A DNA stretch of 64,000 bases from Candidatus Levyibacteriota bacterium. GTDB lineage: Bacteria > Patescibacteriota > Microgenomatia > Levybacterales > UBA12049. This document shows, one piece after another, positions 35,179 through 46,708 of the stretch (its first letter is position 1; every line of letters starts with the position of its first letter). The notes under the pieces are model-generated. The model saw nothing but the letters and a program-made list of their open reading frames with translations. It had not been told where the DNA came from and made no database searches. The stretch covers positions 466,915-530,914 of the forward strand of contig JACOXU010000001.1 in assembly GCA_016182185.1 (NCBI GenBank). Reading direction: 5' to 3'. Position numbers and translations under genes: made by a program.

Positions 35179-36669
35179 ATGACAAATTTCTTTAATGCTA
35201 TTTTTACTCGTTATCCCATTAAATCAAGACGGTTTCTGGAAATACTGCCGGGTTTATTCTCATGGACACTTATTACCTTTCCCATTTGGGGTTCGCTAAC
35301 CATTCCTTTCGTCGTAGCCTATTTTATTTTATTTTTTGATATTTACTGGTTTTATAAATCATTCGTGGCTGCTACAACCGCATACATTGCTTCAAATAAA
35401 ATCAAGGAGGCAGAAAAAAAGAACTGGCTTCTTAAAGCATCTGGCCTTGCTGATTTTGATAAAGTAAACCACGTAATTATAATTCCTAATTATAAAGAAA
35501 GAGTTGAAAAATTAAGAGAAACTTTAACAACAATTGCCAAACAAACATTCCCAATTAAAAGAATCTATGTAGTTTTGGCGATGGAACAAAGAGAAGAAGA
35601 TGCCAAACGAAAAGCTGAGACGCTAATGCTTGAATTCCAGGATATTTTTGGCGGAATATTTACAACATATCATCCAGATATAGAGGGGGAGGTCAAGGGC
35701 AAATCTTCAAATGAAGCATTTGCAGGAAAAGAAATTTATAAAATTTTAACAGCAAGAAACTTAGTCGATATGGATTTTACTACAGTTTCCTCTGTTGATG
35801 CAGATTCGATATTTGACATGCAATATTTCTCATACTTGACCCACAGCTTTCTGACCGATAATGATCGATATAAAAAATTCTGGCAATCAGCAAACGTAAA
35901 TTATAATAATTTCTGGAAGATTCCCGCTCCAACCCGAGTAATTGCATTCTTCGGCAGCGTCTGGAGGATGGCCGTCTTAGTTCAAAAAGACAAATTAGTT
36001 TCAAACTCAACTTATTCGCTTTCTTTTAATCTTCTCAAAAACATCGGCTATTGGGATACGGACGTAATTCCTGAGGATTACAGAATTTTCTTTAAAGCTT
36101 TTTATCAACTTAAAGGTAACGTCTGGGTTGAGCCCATTTTTCTCAAAACTTCTATGGACGCGCCTCTTTCGACAAGCTATATCAAAAGCCTTAAAAATAA
36201 ATATGATCAGGAAAGACGCTGGTCCTGGGGAGTCTCAGATGATCCTCTATTTATTAAATGGTGGTTTACAGTGCCCAATGTTCCATTTTTGAGAAAAACG
36301 ATTATGCTTTATAATGTCTTGCTTGATCATTTCTTATGGCCGGTGAACTGGTTCATAATAACAATTGCAGCAAATATTATACCCTTTATTAATCCTGTTT
36401 TTTCCCGAACTACTCTTGGGTATAGACTCCCGAGCATCGCAGGAGCGATACTTACCTCTTGTCTGTTTGCTCTACTTGTTTTAATTCTCATTGATTTAAG
36501 ACATAGACCTCGAAATTCCACAAGTAAGGCGAGGCAATTTTTGTTTCCACTTGAGTTCATACTCTTGCCAATTGTTGGTTTCTTCTTCCACAGCCTTCCT
36601 GCAATAATCTCTCACACACAGCTTATGTTCGGCAAACGTCTTGAATATAAAGTAACTGAAAAAGCATGA
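35179..36669 (+). CDS. Membrane-embedded processive family-2 glycosyltransferase (cellulose/chitin-synthase-like).
   Basis: 496 aa with N- and C-terminal TM helices, VIIIPNYKE, DxD (VDADSIF) and the Q(Q/R)xRW motif QERRWSWG. Confidence 0.7.
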   Translation: MTNFFNAIFTRYPIKSRRFLEILPGLFSWTLITFPIWGSLTIPFVVAYFILFFDIYWFYKSFVAATTAYIASNKIKEAEKKNWLLKASGLADFDKVNHVIIIPNYKERVEKLRETLTTIAKQTFPIKRIYVVLAMEQREEDAKRKAETLMLEFQDIFGGIFTTYHPDIEGEVKGKSSNEAFAGKEIYKILTARNLVDMDFTTVSSVDADSIFDMQYFSYLTHSFLTDNDRYKKFWQSANVNYNNFWKIPAPTRVIAFFGSVWRMAVLVQKDKLVSNSTYSLSFNLLKNIGYWDTDVIPEDYRIFFKAFYQLKGNVWVEPIFLKTSMDAPLSTSYIKSLKNKYDQERRWSWGVSDDPLFIKWWFTVPNVPFLRKTIMLYNVLLDHFLWPVNWFIITIAANIIPFINPVFSRTTLGYRLPSIAGAILTSCLFALLVLILIDLRHRPRNSTSKARQFLFPLEFILLPIVGFFFHSLPAIISHTQLMFGKRLEYKVTEKA

Positions 36670-36711
36670 CCCATTCGACAAGCTCAGGGTCATACTGAAC
36701 GAAGTGAACGT

Positions 36712-38217
36712 ATGAAGTTATTGGCAAAAGCAGAAAAGAATAAAGACATCTGGTTTCTTATTAAGGTTTCTTTTATTTTTTTTCTTCTCAGGCTTCCTTC
36801 GCTCTTTGAGCCTAATTGGTACGGAGATGAAGGCATCTATCAAGTTTTAGGGACCGGTATACGAGCCGGCAGACTTCTCTATAAAGAAGTTTTCGATAAC
36901 AAACCGCCGTTACTTTATTTAATTTATGCAATATTCAATTCAGATCAATTCGCTGTAAGATTGGCGTCGCTTGTTTTTGGAATTTTAGCTTTAATTTTGT
37001 TCTTTTTGCTGGCAAAAAAACTTTTTAATCAAAATGGAGAAGGTCGAAAAACTGTATTTATCGCAACTTCCGTTTTTGGCCTTTTGTTCGCCCTACCTCT
37101 TCTTGAAGGCAACATTGCCAATGCCGAAAATTTTATGCTTTTTCCTATAATCACAGCGGGTTTTTTAATTTTCAGTTTTAGGGAAAAAATTTTACAAAGT
37201 AAAAAATCCAATAAAATATTATTCGTATCCGGCTTTCTCCTTGGACTCTCTTTTCTTTTTAAGATTGTCGGTGCTTTTGATTTTGTAGCGTTTTTAGTAT
37301 TTATTATATTAATAAATTTACCCCATAAATTAGCATTTAAATCATCAGATTTAAAAAATTATTTTTCTCCTTTGGTTAAACCAATTCTATATTTTGTATC
37401 TGGGTTTTCCGCTCCAATTTTTATCACCACAATATACTTTTTTATAAATGGTGCACTTGGAGACTTACTTATTGCAACTTTTGTACAAAACGTAGGATAT
37501 GTGGGTTATGGAAATAAATTATTTATTCCTCAAGGCTTCCTTATTCTGAAATTATTACTACTAATCGGTTTTCTCGTATTTTTATTTTCAAAGAGGGCTA
37601 AATTTTCCAAAACTACCTTATTTGTTTTAGCTTGGTTTGCATTTTCTCTTTTTAACGCTTATTTCTCGCAACGTCCATATACACATTATGTACTGGTATT
37701 AATTCCTAGTTTTTCATTGCTGATAGGGCTCGTTTTGTGGGACAAGAAATACCAAATTTTTAATCTTGTTTTGTTGATGATCTCGCTCCTATTTATTTTT
37801 AAAGATTTTAACTTTTATACAAAAATAATACCCTACTATCAAAATTTCAGTTCCTTTATAATGAGCACAAATTCAATTTCTTCCTACCAAGCTTTTTTTG
37901 ACAGAAAAACTCCGACGGATTATGAAGTTGCTCAGTTTATTAAATCAAAAACAACCAGTAAAGATAATATATTTATTTGGGGGAACAATGCCCAGCTTTA
38001 TACCCTGACTAATAAACTTCCGCCTGGCAAATATACTGTTGCCTATCATATTACTTATTACAAAGACGGAGCGAAAAATACTTATGATGGAATTTTGAAA
38101 ACCAAGCCTAAATTCATTATAGTGATGCCCAGTCAAAATATGCCTCCAATTCCCCTCGCAAATTATAATAAAAATTACGATATTAATAATGTCCTGATTT
38201 ATGAAAGAATTTTTTAA
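36712..38217 (+). CDS. GT-C fold glycosyltransferase of the ArnT/PMT (GT39/GT83) family.
   Basis: 501 aa, polytopic. The N-terminal PSLFEPNWYGDEGIYQ...FDNKPPLLYL carries the ArnT/PMT catalytic DE motif and the KPPL loop. Confidence 0.65.
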   Translation: MKLLAKAEKNKDIWFLIKVSFIFFLLRLPSLFEPNWYGDEGIYQVLGTGIRAGRLLYKEVFDNKPPLLYLIYAIFNSDQFAVRLASLVFGILALILFFLLAKKLFNQNGEGRKTVFIATSVFGLLFALPLLEGNIANAENFMLFPIITAGFLIFSFREKILQSKKSNKILFVSGFLLGLSFLFKIVGAFDFVAFLVFIILINLPHKLAFKSSDLKNYFSPLVKPILYFVSGFSAPIFITTIYFFINGALGDLLIATFVQNVGYVGYGNKLFIPQGFLILKLLLLIGFLVFLFSKRAKFSKTTLFVLAWFAFSLFNAYFSQRPYTHYVLVLIPSFSLLIGLVLWDKKYQIFNLVLLMISLLFIFKDFNFYTKIIPYYQNFSSFIMSTNSISSYQAFFDRKTPTDYEVAQFIKSKTTSKDNIFIWGNNAQLYTLTNKLPPGKYTVAYHITYYKDGAKNTYDGILKTKPKFIIVMPSQNMPPIPLANYNKNYDINNVLIYERIF

Positions 38218-38554
38218 TGATATCAAGAATGATAGAGTCTTTATTGGCGGATTTTCGCTTGCATTTGTACTAATATTGTTAAGTACGATTTATGTATTAT
38301 TGTCTTATACCAAAATTCCTCCATATATTCCACTTTTTAATCAGCTTCCCTGGGGATACGACAGATTGGGAACAAGGCTTATGATATTTCTTCCCATAGC
38401 TCTAGCATTTACTACTGCAATTGGAAATATTATTTTCTCATCAATTATTTACAGAAAAACCCAAATCGTGTCAAGAATGCTAGCGGCAACTGGCCTTATT
38501 GTTGCTTTTCTCTCATTCCTTTTTATTGTAAGAACAATACAGTTGGTGATTTAA
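38201..38554 (+). CDS. Small 4-TM membrane protein (possibly GtrA-like).
   Basis: 117 aa, hydrophobic, embedded in a glycosyltransferase operon. Confidence 0.3.
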   Translation: MKEFFNDIKNDRVFIGGFSLAFVLILLSTIYVLLSYTKIPPYIPLFNQLPWGYDRLGTRLMIFLPIALAFTTAIGNIIFSSIIYRKTQIVSRMLAATGLIVAFLSFLFIVRTIQLVI

Positions 38555-38561
38555 TATTTAC

Positions 38562-39644
38562 ATGTTTACTAATGTAATCCTCTTTCCCTTTCTAATTGCA
38601 TTTATCGCGACTCTTGTGACTACACCTATTTGCATAAATATTTTTAAACGGATAGGACTCATCGATGATCCAAGATCTCATAAGCATCCGGCAGTAATCC
38701 ACAAGAAACCTATTCCAAGAGGTGGAGGAATTCCTATGTTTATAGGAATTACATTAGCCGGAATAATTTTTCTTCCTCTAACAAAAATTGTGGCTGCTCT
38801 CTTTCTTGCAGCCCTCATTGCATTGGCAATTGGCACTTTGGATGATAAGTTCGACATCTCGCCTTACGTTAGATTTTTTATCAATATTGTTGTCGCGGTA
38901 ACGGTTGTTGGAAGCGGAATTGGAATACCTTTTGTCACAAATCCCCTCGGTGGAGGGACACTATTCTTAAACACTATTCGCTTTTCCATTGATTTTTTTG
39001 GGAATCATTCTGTAATTATTTTCTCAGATCTTATTGCAATTATTTGGCTTGTATGGGTAATGAACATGCTTAATTGGAGTAAGGGGGTCGATGGACAAAT
39101 GCCCGGAATTGTCGCAATCTCTGCTTTTGTAATCGGTATTCTCAGTTTGAGATTCCCGGTATTTGATCAAACAAATCTTATTAGCGCAAAGCTCTCATTT
39201 ATCTTGTCAGGAGCAGCCCTTGGATTTCTTTTCTTTAATTTCTATCCAGCCAAAATTTTCCCAGGATATGGGGCGACCGCGATCTACTTATTACTTGGCA
39301 CAGTCTCAATATTGTCAAGTGCTAAACTGGCTACGGCAATTTTAGTAATGGGAGTGCCTATGACTGACGGAATATTCACAATAATCCGGAGAATATTAAG
39401 CGGAAAATCTCCTTTCTGGCATGACAAAAAGCACTTGCATCACCTACTTCTTCATCTTAAATTTGGACAAAGACAGATAGCATTGTTTTATTGGACTATT
39501 TCTGCTATATTAGGTTCTCTTTCTTTACTTTTGTCAAGTAAGGGAAAACTTTTTGCAGTTATTATGGTTATAATAATTGTAGGAGGAATGTTGCTTTTTC
39601 TACATTTTCTTTTAAGAAAAACGAATGATGAAAATAATCTATAA
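38562..39644 (+). CDS. Polyprenyl-phosphate N-acetylhexosamine-1-phosphate transferase (WecA/TagO/MraY family, Glycos_transf_4).
   Basis: 360 aa with ~10 TM helices, DDPRSHKHP...PRGGGIPMF and LDDKFDISP motifs typical of the WecA/MraY superfamily. Confidence 0.7.
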   Translation: MFTNVILFPFLIAFIATLVTTPICINIFKRIGLIDDPRSHKHPAVIHKKPIPRGGGIPMFIGITLAGIIFLPLTKIVAALFLAALIALAIGTLDDKFDISPYVRFFINIVVAVTVVGSGIGIPFVTNPLGGGTLFLNTIRFSIDFFGNHSVIIFSDLIAIIWLVWVMNMLNWSKGVDGQMPGIVAISAFVIGILSLRFPVFDQTNLISAKLSFILSGAALGFLFFNFYPAKIFPGYGATAIYLLLGTVSILSSAKLATAILVMGVPMTDGIFTIIRRILSGKSPFWHDKKHLHHLLLHLKFGQRQIALFYWTISAILGSLSLLLSSKGKLFAVIMVIIIVGGMLLFLHFLLRKTNDENNL

Positions 39645-40572
39645 CACTTTTAGATTATTGAGACCGCGGCAGTGGATAAAAAATTTTGCAGTTTTTGCCG
39701 CCATAACCTTCTCCGGAGAACTATTCGAATTCCCAATTTTTCAAAATGTTCTGATTGGCTTTATTGTTCTTTGCGCAATATCTTCAGCAAGCTACATTGT
39801 CAACGATATCTTTGATATAAAAAGTGACAGACTCCATCCATTTAAAAAATTCAGACCGCTGGCAAATAATGATATTAAACCCGCTCCGGCCCTTATTCTC
39901 GCCATTTTTCTTATAGGCATTTCTCTATATGTCAGCCTAGCATATGTCACTACAACATTTTTCCTGATAGTTCTTGTATACCTGGCAATTCAGCTTTTTT
40001 ATTCAAGTTTCTTAAAAACAATTGCGGTTATAGATATTTTGGCAATTGCCGCAGGTTATATACTAAGAGTTTATGCTGGGGAATTTGCTAGCGGATTTCA
40101 TATTTCTGTATGGTTACTTCTTACAACAATTTCTCTTTCTTTATTTTTGGCTGTCGGAAAACGAAAATCAGAGCTCACTCTTGTCTCTCAAATTAAAGAT
40201 TCTACCATTATTAACGTTAGGAAATCACTATCTCATTATTCTGAAAGACTTCTTGATACTTATGCTTCGATTTTCGCAACTTCAAGTTTTGTCTTCTATT
40301 CACTTTTTACATTTTTGGAAAACCCGAAAGGATTTAGGCTGGGGCTAAGTATTCTTTTACCCGATTTTCTCCCTACTTTTTTTTACCGAAAATGGCTGAT
40401 GATAACAATAATTCCTGTGGTTTATGGCCTTATGAGGTATATTCAGGATATTTATGAAAAACATGAAGGAGAAAGTCCTGAAAAAGTTCTTTTGTCAGAT
40501 AGGCCACTTCTTGTAACTGTAGCTATTTGGGTTTTCCTGGTCATTGCCGTTATCTACTTCATCTCCCCCTAA
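39625..40572 (+). CDS. UbiA-family prenyltransferase resembling decaprenyl-phosphate 5-phosphoribosyltransferase (DPPR synthase).
   Basis: 315 aa with 8-9 TM helices and NDIFDIKSDRLHPFKKFRPLA (the NDxxDxxxD...KxxRP motif of the DPPR-synthase branch). Confidence 0.6.
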   Translation: MMKIIYNTFRLLRPRQWIKNFAVFAAITFSGELFEFPIFQNVLIGFIVLCAISSASYIVNDIFDIKSDRLHPFKKFRPLANNDIKPAPALILAIFLIGISLYVSLAYVTTTFFLIVLVYLAIQLFYSSFLKTIAVIDILAIAAGYILRVYAGEFASGFHISVWLLLTTISLSLFLAVGKRKSELTLVSQIKDSTIINVRKSLSHYSERLLDTYASIFATSSFVFYSLFTFLENPKGFRLGLSILLPDFLPTFFYRKWLMITIIPVVYGLMRYIQDIYEKHEGESPEKVLLSDRPLLVTVAIWVFLVIAVIYFISP

Positions 40573-40573
40573 T

Positions 40574-41410
40574 TTATTTTTTTTCTGCGTATTGACTGCT
40601 TATCCAGCCTGTTTTCCCGTTCTTGAGTTTAATCTCAAACCAACCTTCCTCCTCAGAAATTAAATCAAAGATATCACCTGGATTGACCCTGTCAATCTCT
40701 AAAGATCCGACTGAACTTTCTTCCCTAACTCTTAAGAATCCAGTGGGCGTATCAAGAATTACTACTTTTGAAACTGACGGGCTCGGAGTTACTGCACGTG
40801 AGTCTGGCGCTGCTGAAGGACTTGAAATGTCAGGATTTATTCCTAGAGTAACAATTGATTTTAGTCTGAAACCCATTGCTGTTCTTATCCTTATTGATTT
40901 ATCAAGGTATCCAGTTTTTGTGAGTTTCAGATCATGATCTGATTCTGTAACATTTTTAAGAATAAGCGGCGTAATCCCAACTAAATTGTTGTCGATAAAA
41001 ACACTTGATTTATCAGGAAAAGAAATTACCATTATTTCAAGCGCCTTCTTATCAGATAACGGCTCAAGCGTTATAACGCTTCCTGAAGACAGCGTACTAT
41101 CCCCAAAATTTCTGTCAATAACCGACAGGGTTGCTCTATTAATCGTTATTTTCTCTCCATATGGACGGAGCCCCGATTGATTTGGGGCAATTTGAACATT
41201 ATAATCTCCAACCGGAAGCATATCAGATGAATTACATTTACAAAGCGGGGTAATTCCGATAAGTTTTCCGTTTAAATACACCTTGCTTTCAGGAACAGCA
41301 GTCACTTGAAGTGCTCCTTTGCCTGTTTTTCTATTAAGATAAAACAATGTTCCGGCAAAAATAATAATTGTCAAAACCAAAAAGGCAAAAAGCCAAAGAA
41401 ATTTCTTCAT
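40574..41410 (-). CDS. PEGA-domain surface protein with an N-terminal TM anchor and a C-terminal SH3b-like domain.
   Basis: 278 aa with two PEGA-like repeats (PESKVYLNGKLIGITP and SVFIDNNLVGITP) and a C-terminal NGKTGWISSQYAEK. Confidence 0.5.
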   Translation of the reverse strand: MKKFLWLFAFLVLTIIIFAGTLFYLNRKTGKGALQVTAVPESKVYLNGKLIGITPLCKCNSSDMLPVGDYNVQIAPNQSGLRPYGEKITINRATLSVIDRNFGDSTLSSGSVITLEPLSDKKALEIMVISFPDKSSVFIDNNLVGITPLILKNVTESDHDLKLTKTGYLDKSIRIRTAMGFRLKSIVTLGINPDISSPSAAPDSRAVTPSPSVSKVVILDTPTGFLRVREESSVGSLEIDRVNPGDIFDLISEEEGWFEIKLKNGKTGWISSQYAEKK

Positions 41411-41482
41411 TGCAATTGAAAAAGACTAGAATAATATAACATATTGATTTTTAATATTCCAATAAATTCGCAACAAAAAAAC

Positions 41483-41510
41483 CGCCGGTCATTGGCGATT
41501 TTTAAAAATC
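41483..41510 (-). terminator. Weak rho-independent terminator downstream of groEL.
   Basis: The minus strand reads cgcc-aatgacc-ggcg followed by gttttttt: a 4-bp GC stem with a U7 run. Confidence 0.3.
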
Positions 41511-41560
41511 TATCTTGGTATTTATTTGGGGTTTGTAATTTGGAATTTGGAATTTCTTAG

Positions 41561-43207
<1,647 letters not shown>

Positions 43208-43260
43208 TTAGTTTATTAGCGTCTAGCGTTTAGTTTTAACTATACGCTAATCTCTACACG

Positions 43261-43563
43261 CTACCCAACTATCGCTAAGATATCTTTCTGTTCAACCATT
43301 GTCCATTCTTCATTTCCTACTTTTACTTCGGTTCCGCCCCATTTTTTATACATTACTTTTTGGCCAACCTTAACTATCATGGAGTTAGGAATTATTTTCC
43401 CATCGTCAACCGATCCTTGACCAACTGCCATGACAAGACCGATTTGTGGTTTTTCTTTTGCGGTATCAGGAAGAATGATTCCGCTGGCAGTTTTTTCTTC
43501 CGCCTCAAGCGGTTTAACAAGCACATTGTCAAACAGAGGTTTTATATTGTTTTTTGTTTTCAT
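43261..43563 (-). CDS. groS: Co-chaperonin GroES.
   Basis: The likely start is MKTKNNIKPLFDNVLVKPLEAEEKTASGIILPD... The ORF-track start 9 codons upstream is probably an artefact. Confidence 0.9.
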   Translation of the reverse strand: MKTKNNIKPLFDNVLVKPLEAEEKTASGIILPDTAKEKPQIGLVMAVGQGSVDDGKIIPNSMIVKVGQKVMYKKWGGTEVKVGNEEWTMVEQKDILAIVG

Positions 43564-43600
43564 AAGTAAAACTTGACCAAAAAATATCACTTGATCAAAG

Positions 43601-43610
43601 TGACTGCTAA
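43601..43610. promoter_or_regulatory. Degenerate CIRCE element upstream of groES, with only the right half-site conserved.
   Basis: GACTGCTAA is identical to the hrcA CIRCE right half. The left half 18 nt upstream (atatcactt) retains only CACT, embedded in the near-palindrome cacttgatcaaagtg. Confidence 0.3.
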
Positions 43611-43662
43611 TTTATACTACAAAATAAAAATCCTGTCAATAACCTATAGTATATAAATCCTT

Positions 43663-43683
43663 AACCCCGATCTAATCGGGGTT
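43663..43683. other. Perfect 9-bp stem hairpin aaccccgat-cta-atcggggtt abutting a TTGACA -35-like hexamer.
   Basis: Read directly. Its 15-nt core cccgatctaatcggg is duplicated exactly at 297-311. Confidence 0.4.
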
Positions 43684-43729
43684 GACATCCTCTTTTTTCT
43701 TCTATACGATAAATTAAGGTCATATCTAT

Positions 43730-44902
43730 ATGTCATCATTATTATCCCCTAAAAAATTAATACTATTTGGTTTTATAGTTATTCTCCTCATAGCAATCCC
43801 TCTCACAGTTTACTTAGTTCAAAAACAGCAAGAAATCCGGGGGAAGGCTGCTCCTTCAACAATTCTCTCATTCGTGCCAGAATCAACTGCTATTCAGGTC
43901 GGGCAAACCGTGAGTTTTGATTTAATGGTAGATCCGGGAAGCAATCAAGTTTCATTCGTTAAACTAGGCATTATTTACGATCCTGCCAAACTTAAAGTAA
44001 CTACAAATGGATTTGTCCCAAATGCTATTGCCTTCCCGACTATTCTTCAAGAACCAGTTTATGAGTCGGGAAGTATCTCTGCAACTCTTTCTGTTGGTGC
44101 TGATCCTACAAAGGTAATTCAAGCTATCACAAAAATTGCTACTGTAACTTTTGAAGCCCTAGAACAAACAGATGCTGGAATCCCTACTCGAATTACATTT
44201 GATAGTCAAACCCAAGTATTATCCATCGCATCAGGAGATGTCTTCAATGAAAATGTATTATCAACAACTAAGCCAGCAAGCGTTGCAATAACAGCGGGCA
44301 CAATTTCCCCTACTCCTACCTTAATTCCAAGTGTAAGCCCGACGGCAACCCCTAGGGTAACATTAACTCCAACACCCACTCCAACCGGAGTCCCCACTCC
44401 CACCCCTACTACTGTAGTTGTTCAACCAACAAATCAAACACCTTCCTGTACCGCTTTGACTTTGGACCAAGCTGCAACTGGCACTGCCCCCTATACCTTG
44501 ACATTTACTGCGGTCGGAACAGATTCTGATGGAACGGTAAGCAAAGTAACCTTTAGTTTCGGGGATGGAATAACACAGGACGAAACCCAAACAGGAGGAA
44601 TAGGTACAAATTCGGTCAATGTTTCTGCTTCTCACACCTATAGCAATGCCGGAACATTTACTGCAACTGCAACTATAACTGATAATGAGGGCGCAGTAAG
44701 TGATACTACCTCGTGCACTCAGACAATCACTGTAAATTCTGCTATAGCAGTTGTTCCCACCACTCCACCCGCTCCACCCCCCGTAGCTGCCACCCAAATA
44801 CCAACCGTGCCTCCAACTGGACCAGCAGAAACAATTCTTGGAATTGGAGCAATCGGCATAATACTTATAATTATTGGGGGCGCATTACTTTTAATACTTT
44901 AG
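43730..44902 (+). CDS. Cell-surface protein with an N-terminal TM/signal, a cohesin-like domain, a Pro/Thr linker, a PKD domain and a C-terminal TM anchor.
   Basis: 390 aa: VSFDLMVDPGSNQVSFVKLGIIYDPAKLKV is cohesin-like, followed by a TPTPTPT linker. The PKD-like segment is TFSFGDGIT...SHTYSNAGTFTATATITDNEGA. It ends in a hydrophobic helix. Confidence 0.5.
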   Translation: MSSLLSPKKLILFGFIVILLIAIPLTVYLVQKQQEIRGKAAPSTILSFVPESTAIQVGQTVSFDLMVDPGSNQVSFVKLGIIYDPAKLKVTTNGFVPNAIAFPTILQEPVYESGSISATLSVGADPTKVIQAITKIATVTFEALEQTDAGIPTRITFDSQTQVLSIASGDVFNENVLSTTKPASVAITAGTISPTPTLIPSVSPTATPRVTLTPTPTPTGVPTPTPTTVVVQPTNQTPSCTALTLDQAATGTAPYTLTFTAVGTDSDGTVSKVTFSFGDGITQDETQTGGIGTNSVNVSASHTYSNAGTFTATATITDNEGAVSDTTSCTQTITVNSAIAVVPTTPPAPPPVAATQIPTVPPTGPAETILGIGAIGIILIIIGGALLLIL

Positions 44903-44903
44903 A

Positions 44904-46676
44904 TTAAATCTTAAGTATTGCCAGAAAAGCTTCCTGGGGAATATCTACATTTCCAAAGCGTTTCATTCTTTTCTTTCCTTTTTTTTGTTTTTCCAAAAGT
45001 TTAATTTTTCTGGTCACATCTCCGCCGTATAATTTGGCGGTAACATCTTTTCTATATGCAGGTATTGTCTCGCGAGCCAAGATTTTCCCTCCGGCTCCGC
45101 CCTTTATTTTTGTAAAGTTAATAACTGCTTGAACAGGAATTGGGATGTTTTGACGGGGAATTACTTCTTTTAATTTTTCGACAAGTTTTCTTCCCAATTC
45201 CTCTGCTTTTTCGCTGGGAATTATTTGAGTGAGTCCTTCGACTGGTTCAAAATTAATCAAAATATCTAATTTCACTAATTTGGCTGGTCTGTAATCCATT
45301 ACCTCAAAATCAAAAGATGCATAGCCTGAAGTTTGAGATTTTAAATCATCATAAAATCCAATGAGAATCTCAAGGAGTGGAACTATGGCTTCAATTTTCT
45401 GAGAAGTTCCGATACTTTCAAGATGTTCGATCATTCCTCTTTTTTTATAAATAAGATCACTAATCTGTCCGTAATATTTCTGAGGAGCAAAGATTGTGAC
45501 TCTGGCATATGGCTCAAGAACTTGAGCGCTTACGCTGGGATTAAAGTCCGAAGGTTTATTGATAACTTCCCCATCAACGATAAAATTAACCGAAGGTGAT
45601 GTCAAAACAATATTGAGTCCATATTCCCTCTCAAGTCTTTCCTGGGTGATTTGTGAATGCAAAAGTCCTAAGAATCCAACACGAAGCCCTTGACCAAGAC
45701 TGACAGAAGATTCGATGGAATAAGAAAGAGCAGCATCATTTAATTTAAGTTTTTCGAATGCTTCTTTCATTTTGGGAAAATCAGATGAATCGATGGGAAA
45801 AAAAGAAAGAAAAACTACCGGTCTTGCCTCTTGATATCCAGGCAGTGGTTTTACTATTTCTTTTGGATGAGCTATTGTATCCCCAACCTTCACAAGTGCT
45901 AAATCTTTTATGTTGGTAACAATAAAGCCTACTTCTCCTGACTGCAATCCTTGAGCATAATCTGGTTTGGGTGTTAAAAAACCTGTCTGCAAGATCTGTC
46001 CCTTTGCTTTTGTTGCCATAAACAATACCTCGTCTTCTGCCCTTAGTGATCCCCCAAAAATTCTTATAGTAGCAACTACTCCTTTATAAGGATCGAGACT
46101 TGAATCGAAAATAAGACCAGAAAGCTTATCATCCAACTGTTTAGGAGGTGGTATCTTTGCTATAATTTCATCCAGAAGCCTTACAACATTTTCACCGGTT
46201 TTGGCAGAAATTTTTATAATTTCATCTTCTTTGAATCCTAAATCCAAAAGCTCAGCCGTAGTTCTAGCAACATCTGCAGCAGGCATATCGATTTTGTTAA
46301 TAACTGGAATGAGAGTCAGATTTGCGTTGACTGCCAAATTAAAGTTTGAGAGAGTTTGAGCTTGCACCCCTTGTGTCGCATCAACTACCAAGACAGCGCC
46401 TTCAACCGAAGCCAATGATCTTGAAACTTCATAGGAAAAATCAACATGTCCAGGAGTGTCAAGAAGATTTAGCTGGTAATCTTTATATTTAAGTCTTACT
46501 GCCTTAAGCTTTATGGTAATTCCGTGTTCTCTCTCAAGTTCAAGACTATCTAGAATTTGCGCCTCATGCTTTTCGGGAAGTGCTCCGCAAATTTCCATAA
46601 TCCGATCGGCAAGCGTAGACTTACCATGATCAATATGCGCAATAATGGCAAAATTCCTAATTTTATCCGTATCCAT
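44904..46676 (-). CDS. lepA: Elongation factor 4 (LepA).
   Basis: 590 aa: NFAIIAHIDHGKSTLADRI, DTPGHVDF and the LepA C-terminal domain. Confidence 0.9.
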   Translation of the reverse strand: MDTDKIRNFAIIAHIDHGKSTLADRIMEICGALPEKHEAQILDSLELEREHGITIKLKAVRLKYKDYQLNLLDTPGHVDFSYEVSRSLASVEGAVLVVDATQGVQAQTLSNFNLAVNANLTLIPVINKIDMPAADVARTTAELLDLGFKEDEIIKISAKTGENVVRLLDEIIAKIPPPKQLDDKLSGLIFDSSLDPYKGVVATIRIFGGSLRAEDEVLFMATKAKGQILQTGFLTPKPDYAQGLQSGEVGFIVTNIKDLALVKVGDTIAHPKEIVKPLPGYQEARPVVFLSFFPIDSSDFPKMKEAFEKLKLNDAALSYSIESSVSLGQGLRVGFLGLLHSQITQERLEREYGLNIVLTSPSVNFIVDGEVINKPSDFNPSVSAQVLEPYARVTIFAPQKYYGQISDLIYKKRGMIEHLESIGTSQKIEAIVPLLEILIGFYDDLKSQTSGYASFDFEVMDYRPAKLVKLDILINFEPVEGLTQIIPSEKAEELGRKLVEKLKEVIPRQNIPIPVQAVINFTKIKGGAGGKILARETIPAYRKDVTAKLYGGDVTRKIKLLEKQKKGKKRMKRFGNVDIPQEAFLAILKI

Positions 46677-46708
46677 ATTGAGGAAAATTATATCAGATAC
46701 GAGATCTT

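Noticed and set aside
43564-43590. N-terminal extension of GroES (MIFFGQVLL-)
   Set aside because: GroES family proteins begin at the MKTKNNIKPLFD... equivalent, and the extension would place the start inside the degenerate CIRCE/promoter region.
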